Origin: Lophium mytilinum
Taxonomy: Eukaryota
DNA: 64,000 nt
Assembly (NCBI GenBank): GCA_010093605.1
Contig: MU004186.1
Coordinates: forward strand, 1,840,616 to 1,904,615
Reading direction: 5' to 3'
In this document: positions 10,619 to 21,808 of the stretch, in pieces
How the letters are laid out: each line of letters opens with the position of its first letter
Position numbering within the stretch: the stretch's first letter is position 1
Made by a program: the position numbers and the translations under genes
The notes under the pieces: generated by a model
Database searches by the model: none
What the model was told of the DNA's origin: nothing
What the model saw: only the letters and a program-made list of their open reading frames with translations

Positions 10619-11565
10619 GTTCGGTGTGTTGGTTGAAGACTCGGTGTTGTTGGATATTCTGCGGTCTGGTTGCTGGGAAAGCTTTTTGTGTTTAGTAGTA
10701 GGCTTTCGAAACAACTTGGGAACTTTGGTGATCCTCTAGGGGCAGTCCAAGATGAAGTTATATACTCTAGCATTGGTGTATTGTATATTCACGTAGTCCA
10801 CAGTATGTGAGGAAATAATGTCCAGATAGAACATCAGCCGCGATATTCATCAACAATGTATACTGATAGTGTATCGATGCAAAATGTAGGCCTGAGGGAT
10901 GCTCATTGTATGCGTACAAAGACGATTAGCAATATGGCCAATGCTGTATAGCATGATATTGCGGAGAACCCCGAGGTACTCTGCAGACGAACGTGTAACG
11001 CATGCTTGCTGAATGACTATGAGCTTAGAACCTTCTAGCGACGTGAGGATGCCAACCAGATGATACTAATATACTCAGCTTCTGAAACTCTCGTTTCAGG
11101 CCCTTTGTCACTTCCGAGTCTTATGGAAGCGCGGTTCCTTATGCATGAGATCTAAGACTGCATTTACCATTGACCTAACGGGATAGTCTTGCGAGCGAAA
11201 TCGTTTCAAGCAGGATAGCGATGGTGGAACTTTTCACCACCTCGCTACAAGAAGCGATCCACTTCCCTCGAACAAGTGATCGAAAGAAAGAATACGTGCT
11301 TTAAATATCTGCAAACTTCAAGAGAGTTTTAGTCTCAGCGCTTCAAAAAGTCATCAAATGTTATGTCAGTATTTTACTCACTTGTGGGTGCATTTCGGGA
11401 ACCGCATTGGGGGTGTAGAGGTCTGGTTTGAGTAGCGACCACTTCGTGTGGTCAACCAGAGGTAGATCAAACCGGGCAAAAGATTGAACGATGCAAGACC
11501 ACCGTTAGGGAAACATGATCTCTGAAACGGTGGGGGGCCCTTCTTGATGTTAGCTTTCGTCTTGT

Positions 11566-12012
11566 CTACGTGTCGCTACCCCTAAGTCTTGATATTATCA
11601 CCGGCTCTGGAAACCGGATCTCTCTCTTCTTTTTGCGCAGCAGTCTGTGCGCGACTACGGCCGCGATGAGACTCGGGCATTCGATCGAGGATGTGATCGA
11701 AGATGGCAGTCCGTGATGGACGTTTGGGAGGCTCGATGGAGTGCCGGGACATCGCTGGTGTGTAACAGGTATCAACCCTTTGGTATTGTGGGCGTTTTAC
11801 GGGCTGTTGAGGTTCTGGATTCCAGGCTGCACCTGTCGCGGACAGCCAGCTTTCTAGCTCGGGGCTCAGCGGTTGATCTCCGAGAGGCGGGAACGACCCA
11901 CCTGAAAAGAGCCGTTCGGATGCTCATAGATGTACCTTTGGCTATCCGAATCAAAGGCAACCATTCGCCACCCTGAGGCGATGTAGTCGTCGTCGAATGT
12001 GCGATCTGGCAT
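11566..12012 (-). pseudogene. Frameshifted small-gene family member
   Basis: ATG 12012 reads MPDRTFDDDYIASGWRMVAFDSDSQRYIYEHPNG then stops after 48 codons. A shifted frame continues PLSPELESWLSATGAAWNPEP (compare LYANGASWNPKP in 2379-2846). A later RLLRKKKREIRF basic tail follows. Confidence 0.55.
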
Positions 12013-12741
12013 GTTTGTGGCTGAGTCTAAAGAGGTGTGCTTCTAACTTCGTGTGTTTGTGCTTCGAGTGATTGATGTGGTAGCTGGGGAATCTGCACTT
12101 CCTAACTGTTGACAAGTACATCCCACGTGTCAGAATGGTGTACATAGTTTCACGTACTTGGGCTGTGACTTGTGAATGAACAATGCCGAGATATGTGAGC
12201 ATTTTACTTCCACGCACGTCAATTTGCGGACGTGAATAGCTAGTAGAAGTGAATCTCATCGCAAGCATGGTACACGAACAATGTAATGCTTGAAAGAAAT
12301 CGGCACTTGGGAAATCCAGATGGCGCAGTATCTACGCCATTATATGCGCCTCGAGAGTCTTGGGCTAGGTGAGAGAGCCCTTTCAAGATTGCTTATGAGT
12401 CCCAAGAGAAGCTGCCGGGGAATTTCCATATTATAGCTACGTTGCGACTGAAACGTATGGGTATCATTTGCTTAATCGCACAATCTGCATCTTGAGAGTA
12501 AAGGAAGAAGTCATTCGGCAATGCACGTCGATGAGTTGGGTGTTGATGTTGAGGTCTGTGTATTTGAATCTATCGAAAAGCTTCTACATGAAGGAAATGA
12601 AAGTACTGAAAAGCCACTATCATTAGGAAATGCGCTACTCACATGAAGTACAATTTGTCTATGTCTCGCTTGAGCAAGGTGCGATTTTGGAGGTGTTTTC
12701 AGGGAACTTTGCACAAGTCTTGAAAGGTTGGTGCCAGGGAG

Positions 12742-13278
12742 TCATGTCCCCTGATACGGTTCACCGCCTTTGGAGCTCTTAGAGCTCTCAGTCATCACCA
12801 AAGGATCCCACCCCCCTGTCAAATGGCGAGTTACTCGCCGGAAGAAGCCGGGTTTGGCATCTGGGTTTGCCTCCTTGCTCTTTCGTGCCGGCTGTGCGTC
12901 TGGGAGTGTCGACGGCAGTGGTTCAGTCAACCACCGAATGGCTTTGCGCCGACGACTTGGTGCACCCTTCTTACCTGGGACCGAGCTCGACACTGCGGAG
13001 GTATTGCCGATGCTGGCAGATTCATCGGATTGGGATTCGGTGTCCGCTTGACGAGCTGCCGCTCGCCGCTCGCGATCCTCGATATCCTGCCAGTACTTGT
13101 TGTATCTGGCTACGTCCTTTGGTCGACCGTTGACAGGGACATCTACGCCATGACGGTCACGGTATGTCGCAGGCTGCGCTCGCGTGTACACCTTTTCACC
13201 CGTGTCCGCATCGTAACCGACAAGCTGGGGCCCGCAAGAATCACCCTCTCCATAGTAATGAAATTGGCGACCGGGCAT
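12742..13278 (-). CDS. Small hypothetical protein (178 aa) with GYDADT motif
   Basis: ATG ORF: MPGRQFHYYG...VGYDADTG...PGFFRRVTRHLTGG...GGEPYQGT*. TATA about 143 nt upstream. Confidence 0.65.
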   Translation of the reverse strand: MPGRQFHYYGEGDSCGPQLVGYDADTGEKVYTRAQPATYRDRHGVDVPVNGRPKDVARYNKYWQDIEDRERRAAARQADTESQSDESASIGNTSAVSSSVPGKKGAPSRRRKAIRWLTEPLPSTLPDAQPARKSKEANPDAKPGFFRRVTRHLTGGWDPLVMTESSKSSKGGEPYQGT

Positions 13279-13905
13279 GTTGAGGGTTGGAGTTGAGAGT
13301 TTCTTGTGTGAAGCTGTTGTTTGAAGTTTGTTTGCTGAGATGCTTGTGGTAGAAGCTGTCTTGACTTCAAAAATGCTTTTGGAACTTTGATGCTCTCTAA
13401 CTTCCGTCTAGGACTTTCTTATATATCCCAGAATTGTAATTACTCGTACTGGTTTCGGTGATTGTGAATGCAGAATATAAGTGAATGATAACGGAGATAT
13501 TCGTAAATGATACTGGGATATACCGGCATTGTACTTCAACGTAGACAAGTTCACGATCTGTGAATGGACAGTACCAGTGAATGTCGATAGAACGCTGGTG
13601 AACGATGCATATTCCGGTTTTACGTGAAATATGCGGAGGTTGAAGCCTCGGAGGATATGTTGATGAACAATGTGAAGGCAAGCTCAAAAGATGCTGCACT
13701 AACTAGGGAGAGTACTGGAGAACCGGGGAGAGGAAGCGGTGACTCGACAGAGGATTTATGATGAGGACAATGTTCGCGGTGAACAGGGATCAGTAATGGC
13801 GATAAAATGGTCGTATATTCAACTGGGTAGTAGCTCACGTTGTCATGAGCAGAGATGTGATCTCGGCGAAGGGACTCTGGAATCAGGGTACCCGTCGCGA
13901 GGGAA

Positions 13906-14207
13906 TCAAGTTCCCTTGTAAGGCTCGACGCCCCTGAAGCGACCCGGAGTCTTATACTACTCTGAAAAGACAATTGGGGCGTTGCAAGTCTTCTAGGAGA
14001 CCTTCTTTCCGGTCAAGGTTCGGGTTAGACGTCTGAGCAGACCAGGTTTGTCGCTCTTGTCTGCTTGCCGCTTTGGTTCATCAGCTGATTGACGTTCGAC
14101 GAGCGTAGTGCTTGAACTCGCTGATGTGGCCTGGGTGGTGGTTCGAGCGGCAGCACTTTGGCGTTCCCGCTGCTCCATGCCCCGTGATAATGGAACCTGC
14201 GGGACAT
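13906..14207 (-). pseudogene. Deleted, nonsense-mutated duplicate of 12742-13278
   Basis: MSRRFHYHG, then a frameshifting deletion, then EQRERQSAAAR...KPGLLRRLTRTLTGKKVS*KTCNAPIVFSE*YKTPGRFRGVEPYKGT*. The end matches GGEPYQGT* of the paralog. Confidence 0.7.
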
Positions 14208-15936
14208 GCTCGCAGCTGGAAGTTGAGAATGTAAAGATGTGGTTCTAGATGTGTTTCTGTAGTTTCGAAGCGCTTGAGGTTACTCTGGGTTTTGCTTGAG
14301 GCACGAAACTGGAATTTTGTGCTTTCAACCGTCCCACCCAGAACATCCACATATTCTAAAAGAATGCTCACTCACGTTCTGGAGCTCAGGACTTGTGCGT
14401 GAATAACATAAGTGAGCGGTGTTTGACACATTCGTGAAAGATGCATCTTCGACACTATTCGTGAACCCGACGGCCTAGATGATGTGAATTGTATAATGGA
14501 GAACGAGTAGGGCAAGAACAACAACGTACATTGAAAACGATTAATGTTTTGCATGTTGACCATGTGAAGAAGGAGAAGACCTAGTAGTAGCTAGCGACAG
14601 TGTATCCGTTTAGGAGGAGAATTGGAGAAGTGGAATCTATTAAACGTTTAGGAAGAGTACTCTAAATCACCTGAGACGGGATAGATGTCTAGAACAAGTG
14701 CGTTCTTAAGATGAAGGAAAGCGGCTACGCCGTTAATACAACGGATATGGGTCCTTGTAGGCCCAGACAACAGGGCCGAGCGATGCGTCTGCATTGAATG
14801 AAGATGTAAAGAGCTTTGCTAGAGTTTCTACCGCTGGTGATACAGTCTCGGACATTGTCTTGTAGCGTAATCCGTAAGCACAAACCCGCTTATCTCCTGA
14901 GGGCCTCGGCCCAGAATGTCCCCACGCCCAGCACAACACACGCCGTCTTTTCACTCGCCTTGTCGTTGATTCAGAAACAAGACGAAAGCAGATTAGCGCT
15001 CGGAGGACTAGCGCTAGACACCGGACGATCTCCCGTGGGTGAATAGATGGCGGATTCGTAGCGGCTGCACGCCTAACCACCGGGATCCATGTCAGATTGC
15101 TTGTTGAGACGACAGGTGTCATGTTCAGGCGAGACAGACAGTTGCTGAGCTCCGGGAGTTCAGAACTGCTCAACCATCCATGGACGAGGCTACCTTGCAT
15201 ACAGCAAAAAGCTAACCAAACCGGAGCACCCGACAAGAACTTGCGCAATCACGGTTCGTGGAGAACAAAGATCGGGCCGGACTTCGGGGGGGATGGAGCG
15301 TGTGGAAATTGAACGCAGGCGTTGACTCCTGAGGAACAGAAAAATGCATGCATCATGGCACAGCTGAAGCCACGACGGGTTGGACCGACGCCGGGCTCGG
15401 GATCTTGCAGCTTGTCCCCCTCTGCTATCTCTGTGTCCACTGCGTCAAGGAAGAGAGAGGGTCTCTTGGTCGTTTGCTGGACGTCTTCGCGCCGGAGAAA
15501 GTTGAAGAGACTGGGAGCAATCTGGCCAGCCATCAAATAGTAGGCGCACCGGCCAGAGGGCGCGACGAAGCTTCCACGACGCCGAAAGAGTACAGGCCAG
15601 GCGATCCGCTAGCCGGTTTGATGCACTCAATCCCAAAGTGGACGCGGAACGTGCGATGGCGGCACGCTGGCTGTGACGATACGCCATAGCGGCTCTCCGT
15701 GAGTTGGGAGAGCCTTGGAAGCGCTGGCAGTTACCCGGGCGGGGATGGACTACATGTTTAAGTATCACCAGACGCTCCTCTTCGCGCGCCGCCTCGTCTT
15801 GCTGTCTCTTGCCTGTTTTCTTATCTGGCATTGTTGACGCAGCTGGGCGGCGGGACGGAACCAACGGACAATCACAGCCAGCCAGCCACCAATTTCTGCA
15901 GCTGATTGGAGCTGATTGGGGGCGATAGGGCCCAGG

Positions 15937-18900
15937 ATGGCGGTTCCTGCATCCAGGGTACGTATTTATGGATTTCGTTTATCGCAGCTGGACCCGGCCC
16001 TTCGAGATACCGATCGCCAGCTCAGCGACGGGGGATCGCTGACCATCATCACAGACGCATCCTCTCCCACCCTCATGGAACCTCTTCCATAGCGGCAGAG
16101 AACCGGAGCCCGAGGTGCCCTTCGATCCCGAGGATCTGTGCCGCCGTCTGAGGCAAGTCAAGCTGGACGAGGCACTCAAAAAGGCCTACGCTACCGACAG
16201 CGAAAGCCCCGCGGTGCAGAAGACGTCCACCAAGGGAACCCGACACAGCTTCCTCGCCAGCCTCCGTTTCCACCGGGCCAACGATGCCGAACACCAGTCC
16301 AGCGGCGGGAGTACCCAACCAGTGCACAGCGTGAAACACTCCACCACCGCGCCGCCGCCAATCGTCGCCAACGCTGCAGCAGGCCTCGAGAAGCATGAGC
16401 TGCACGATACAAGACGCAAGGATAGTCGTACAGACGCGTCAACTGCTCCCTCTACCCGTCCACTAGACGCCGCAGATCGCAATCGCAGTTCAACCCTCGA
16501 CAAACACCACCCGCCACCAGTAACCTCGTCCTCGGCTCCCTCTCCACTCGGTCCCACGACCGCCAACTCCTCCCGTCCCATCGCATCTCGGACTGCCCGT
16601 TCTTCAACCGCCAGCTCCGGCTCCTCTTTCTTTCTCCAAGTTCCCGTCCTCTCTCCCCACCGGGACATGGCCTCCATGTCACCATCCCTCGCGCCAATGT
16701 CTCCAGACAACTTCGCCAAGAACCGTCCAGTTGCCCGTGATTTCGCCCAGGAGCGTCGAAAATCGCTTCATGCTCCCGATCGTCTGGCCTCGCGCAACTC
16801 TGCCATATGGAGCCCAGCATCTCCCCCTCCGGTTCACTACGCCTACGCGAAGGGCCAGTCAATGTTCCCTGAGCCTCCCTCTCTCTCGTCGACAAGAAAG
16901 AAGCCACGGCCAGCCAGCACTGGTTCTGTAAAGGTGTCTCGCCCTGCAATTGTTGTCACCTCTGACGACGCTCCGCCATTGCCACGCTTGAACCGCTTTT
17001 CAGGAAAAGACAACCTCGACTGGGACCAGCAAAATGAGATTACAGTTCCCAGGGTTGTCGACAACTCAAGATTTGCCAAGGGAAGCAACAGCTACGAGGA
17101 CCGCCTTAGCGTCGATTCTCTTCAGCAACCATGTTCCCACGAGAACATGGGTGGCCAGGAGTCTAAGCGCTCGAGTATGGGCGGACAGTACCCTTCCCGC
17201 ATTGTGAGCGGAGACTATACTCTCCCTGGGCCTCCTTTTCCAACTTCAAGCAATTCGAGACTCCCCCCAAGCGCCAAGTCCAATCGCAACTCTGCGGCCC
17301 GTGGCTCGACAGCTCTTGCGCTCCCAAGCAACAGTAATCGCAATTCCGCACGCTTGAGCTCTAATTCCATCCCGCATCACCCCCGTCTCGTCAAGAAAGA
17401 TAGCCTTGAGCAACACCGCTGGCGTGAAAAGGCCGCGCGGGAGCATGCAGTGCTTGAAGCGCGAGCAAGGCGGGAGAAGGAGAAGGAAGGAGGTGGGATC
17501 GGCATGGGCTCCTCGCCACTCCTTCCATCATTGAGTCCGTTCCCGCCACTGAGTGTATCAGCTTCACCAGTCCAGGGTATGGGCCCTGCGGGCCAGCTGA
17601 ATAGCGGTGCCGTCGGGCGACGTGGTAGTGGAGGTGTGGGGGGAATGCGAAGAATGAGTGGTGGAAATGCACATATAACGTCTCAATTGGATAGGCGGAC
17701 TAACATTAACGGGAACATCTACAATCCGCATCGCGACAGACGGATGAGCAACGGAACCACGAAGGATTTGGACCGCAGGATGAGCAAATCTACACTCAAC
17801 GGGACTAATTATTCCACGTACCCTTCCTCAAGCACGGGCGACGGACAGCATTCGAGTCAGATTCAGCCCACACCAGGAATCAAGCGCGCTAGCACCGCTC
17901 CTCCCAAACGACTCAGTCTCACCAAGCAAGGATCCAGTTCCTCCCTCCCGCAAACATCGAGAGCAGAAAAGAGAGGCTCTCGAATCATATCACAGCACAC
18001 TCCTCTGCCACTTTTGATGAGTTCTCCAACTGGAGCCACATTTCCTTCATCTCCACCCCGGTCCCAAAATCGAAATAGCATGAATAGGCGTGATCAGACT
18101 CAACGCCTACCCTTTCCTTTGCCCCAAATGCCCCCGGAACCAGCCGACTCCTCCAGCTCTCAAGAAGCGCGTAGTCGAGGCCGTCGTCGAAGTAGCGTAA
18201 AATGTGACGATACCCGCAAACGCTCGAAATCGAGAACATCCGTTCGTTCCACGAAATCTGCGAAATCTACAAAGTCTACCAAGTCCCAGAAATCAGTAAA
18301 ATCGACAAAATCCACTCGTTCACTGCGCTCAGTCTTCTCAAATGCATCCACTACCTCGAACAAGCTCCAAAAACGCAAATCCACTTCCTCTCGCGCTTCG
18401 CGACGAGGTAGCACGTCTGTCTCGAAAGAACACCTCGCAGCACTCGCGGCATTGACTGGCCCGGCACCACCGCCGGATGACCAAATGACGCCGGAAAGTA
18501 TTGCCTTCTTCGAAAAGCAGAAGCGAGTACTGGACGAGCGCACACGGCGCGAGAGTGTGGCTAAAGACCGAGGCGAGCGGATGGAGAGGCTCAAGAGGGG
18601 ACGAGAGATGGAGAAGGTGCTTTCCGGCGACATTATTGGTGGTGCGCTGGGGGGATACAGGGAGGGACATGACAGCAGCGATGAGCACTCCGAGTTCATT
18701 CCCTCTGCGGAGCCATCTCAGGCTGGTGGCGTTCGTAGTCCCACCCCGACTTCTCTTTACAGCGCTCCCGGCAAGGGGAAGCGGAGACTTACGCTTGACG
18801 ATCCGATTGGAGACTTGGATACTTCGATTGAAGGCCTCACGCCGGAGAGTATCCGCCTGCTACGGGAGAGGGAGAAATTGGTGCGATGGCGCGCGGAGCG

Positions 18901-19057
18901 GGAGAAGCAGCTGTTTGAGCAGAAGGAGCGGGAAAGAGAAGAGCGAGTGCGCGCTGCGAATGAGAAAGAGGCGATGAGGATGGGCGATGTTGAGAAAGGA
19001 GGGAATAGTAAAGGGGAGAAGAGGAGAGGATGTCTCGCGTGGTGGCCATTCTCTTGA
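15937..19057 (+). CDS. Large intrinsically disordered Ser/Pro/Arg-rich protein (~1007 aa) with C-terminal coiled coil
   Basis: ATG 15937 and phase-0 intron 15958-16054 (GTACGT..GCTGAC..CAG) lead into the 980-codon ORF. Ends with LTPESIRLLREREKL coiled coil and KRRGCLAWWPFS. Confidence 0.75.
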
Positions 19058-20178
19058 TTGAGAGTGGAAAGCGGGCCGCCTTCTCATGTGAGAAAAAAAT
19101 ACCCTTTCGTACGCTTCTGTGTATACACCTCTGCTTAAGAGTCTAGCATTTCTTTATAATCTTAGAATAGAAACGGATCTAGGTTGGAAACAGGGATCTC
19201 TGGACGGGTTAAGTAATGGTAATGAGTTCCTCTATCGTCGTCCCAACGTAGGAAAAAAAGCCATTATTAGTTAGGCATTTACCATATAAACGATCTTTCT
19301 TCTTTCTTAATCGCGACCTTCCTGAGTATAAAGACATCCATCCAGCGCGCAGAATAATAACCAGTAAAAAGAATATCTGAGGAGCAAAACACCACCCTCG
19401 TTAGAGGGTGTAGCCACCTCGGAGAGGTTTCTCTAAATCCATCCTGGAGGTCCGGAGCCCGCAATTTTTCAATCCATCGAATCTTCACCGGCCTCAGCCT
19501 CACGCACCAACTGCATACAGCCTCTTTACCGGCTTCCAAGCCTCTCATGCCGCCTCCGAGCTGAGAACAGCTTTTAACACCATAAGTCGAGTCGAGACTC
19601 GCCGACTGCCAGGGTCGAACGCCAGACCAACTTCTAAACTTTAGGTGAGATTGTTGACGGTAGTTGCCGGGAGGTGCGATGCGTGGTCTCCGGCCGCGGG
19701 CTTACACTCGGTGTGGCCGACCAACTGAGCTGCTGGGCAAATTAGTGGTCTGGTCCGAAAATGTTGGGTATTTGTAGTGTTATTGCTGGGAGGGTCACAT
19801 GCTCACCACATCAGATCAGGTCTCAGGCTCACCTCGTCATCGTGTTCGCACGTAGGTATCAGTGCATTTCACTTCACCAAGTCTGGCTTCGTCACGGAAT
19901 TATTCTTCTTTCCCTACTTCACCACCCATTCTCACCTACGTCATCCCTTCACCAGCCATCAGTCTCAGTCGCATGAATGCCCTCTACGCCGTCTCTGCAG
20001 CATATACAAACAACGCGACCCACTCGCGCCTCTCCATCCACCATCTCCTCAGCATACACCAAAGACGCAACCCGTCTACCTCCGCCAACACCCAATCGAA
20101 TCATTGCCAACCAACGGCACAACTCGTCCACCTCCTGTCCACCTCCACCAAAGCCCCATCAAATCATCACGCCCCACC

Positions 20179-20775
20179 ATGCCCCCCAAACTCTCCCCCC
20201 ACACCGACCGCCTCCCCCCCGGCATCTCCCGCACCGCCTACGACGCCGACACCCGCCGCTACACCTTCCGCGACGCCAACAGCAAGTCCTACACCAGCAG
20301 CGCCGGCGACTACTACGGCGAGGGGCTCCGCTTCGACCACGCGAAGGAGTGGGAGGAGCGGTTGTACGCGAAACCCAGCTCTGCAAACTCCAGTCTCGCG
20401 GATGGGACTCCGGCGACGCTCACTCCGACCAAGATTAATCCTAATCCTAATCCCGCCAGCCCTACAACCCCTACCCGAAACGCGCAAGCTGCAGCAGCTA
20501 CACCTCCTTACCGGCCTCCGCAACACTTCGCCGAGATTTTAGAGGGGATGGGGAAGGATGCTGCTGCGGAGGGAGACGGGGAACAGGGGGAGAAGAAGGT
20601 GCCAGCGCTGCTGCGCCGGCTCACGACGCGCACGCGCAACACGAGCCGAGCGGCGAGCGAGGCGAGTGTGCCGCGGGTGAGGGAGAGGGCGAGCACGTTT
20701 GCGGTGGGGGGTGGGAAAGGGTGGGAGAAGGGGAAGAGGGGGTTTTTCTCGAGGGTGCTGGGGAGGAAGGGGTAG
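20179..20775 (+). CDS. Hypothetical protein (198 aa) with RLPxGxxRxxYDADTxRYTFRD N-terminal motif
   Basis: ATG 20179 in CACCATG context with C-ending codon bias. Motif recalled from small fungal proteins often annotated CBM50/LysM-like, but no LysM domain is visible here. Confidence 0.7.
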   Translation: MPPKLSPHTDRLPPGISRTAYDADTRRYTFRDANSKSYTSSAGDYYGEGLRFDHAKEWEERLYAKPSSANSSLADGTPATLTPTKINPNPNPASPTTPTRNAQAAAATPPYRPPQHFAEILEGMGKDAAAEGDGEQGEKKVPALLRRLTTRTRNTSRAASEASVPRVRERASTFAVGGGKGWEKGKRGFFSRVLGRKG

Positions 20776-21808
20776 GGGGGTGTGTTATTGAGCACTGGTT
20801 GGGAGATAGGGAAGGGGGGGTGTGGGCATCTAGCGGCTAGCTGTATCTTTCTCGAGACCGAGACGTGCAGGAAGTGCGATGAGGAGAGGAGAAGAATGAG
20901 ATGGTATTTTGGCGAGATTTTGGATCTAGGACGTGAGGTGGGGTGGTTAGGTATGGCCCCTGTGGTGCTCTAGTGTCGAGGAAGAGATCAGAGAATGAAT
21001 AGTCTCACGGAAAGCGACTACAAGCTTGGACGAGTTGGATCTGATGTGTTTTGAACGGGAGTAAATCGAGAAGGCGGAAATGCTATTCCGAAAAGATGAA
21101 CATACTAGATAACAGGTATTATCACCCAGCCCCCCCTCACAGACCTTCTCCTATACGCAGAGAGTGACCTCTTCATGTTCGAATCCGGGGAGACACGGTG
21201 CCAAAACCAACGTGCCTCATCCGCAAGAGCATCCATGAGCTGCCCTTGCTTCATCTCATCCGCCTTTTGTTTGATGCAAATATCCTCTTCTGCACTTTAA
21301 CAGTCACCAGATGGCTCTCTAGAAATGGCGCCTGAGCACTTCTTGGAGCGCCCGCCGCCCGCTCCCGGCTCTTTTGTGGAAATGTTTGGTGTGGCATGTA
21401 TTCGGCCGGCATGCCACCCATACCACTCCCGGTACTCCCGCGTTCGCTGTGAAACCCGACAAGGTGGATGGACGGGGCATCACCCTTGGCAACATGCGGT
21501 GTCGGAACCATAAACACCACCAGGGTAATCAAGTAGGTTCAATTGTCTCTCCATCTTCTTCAGCTACTACTTCTAATTCAGCCCGTCTTCTTCACGGTCC
21601 GCGGCAATAAGAATGCTAGCTGCTGAAAACAGCGCCAAGGCTGGAGAGTCCAGAAAAGCGACGTGGGTACCATAGTAGCACGAAGGACCGCCTGGAAGAT
21701 TACGAAGAACTACATGCTGGCCAAAGTAGATGCCATATGACCCTGGTACAGTGTTGTCGCCCTCGAATCCGTTGAGAGAGAGTGGATCGCCGTAAGAGGG
21801 CGAGCGTT

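Noticed and set aside
14733..15864. Minus-strand ORF pieces (MPDKKTGKRQQDEAAREEERL...; 15249-15536)
   Set aside because: Could be a decayed gene, but I found no shared family motif or coherent exon chain
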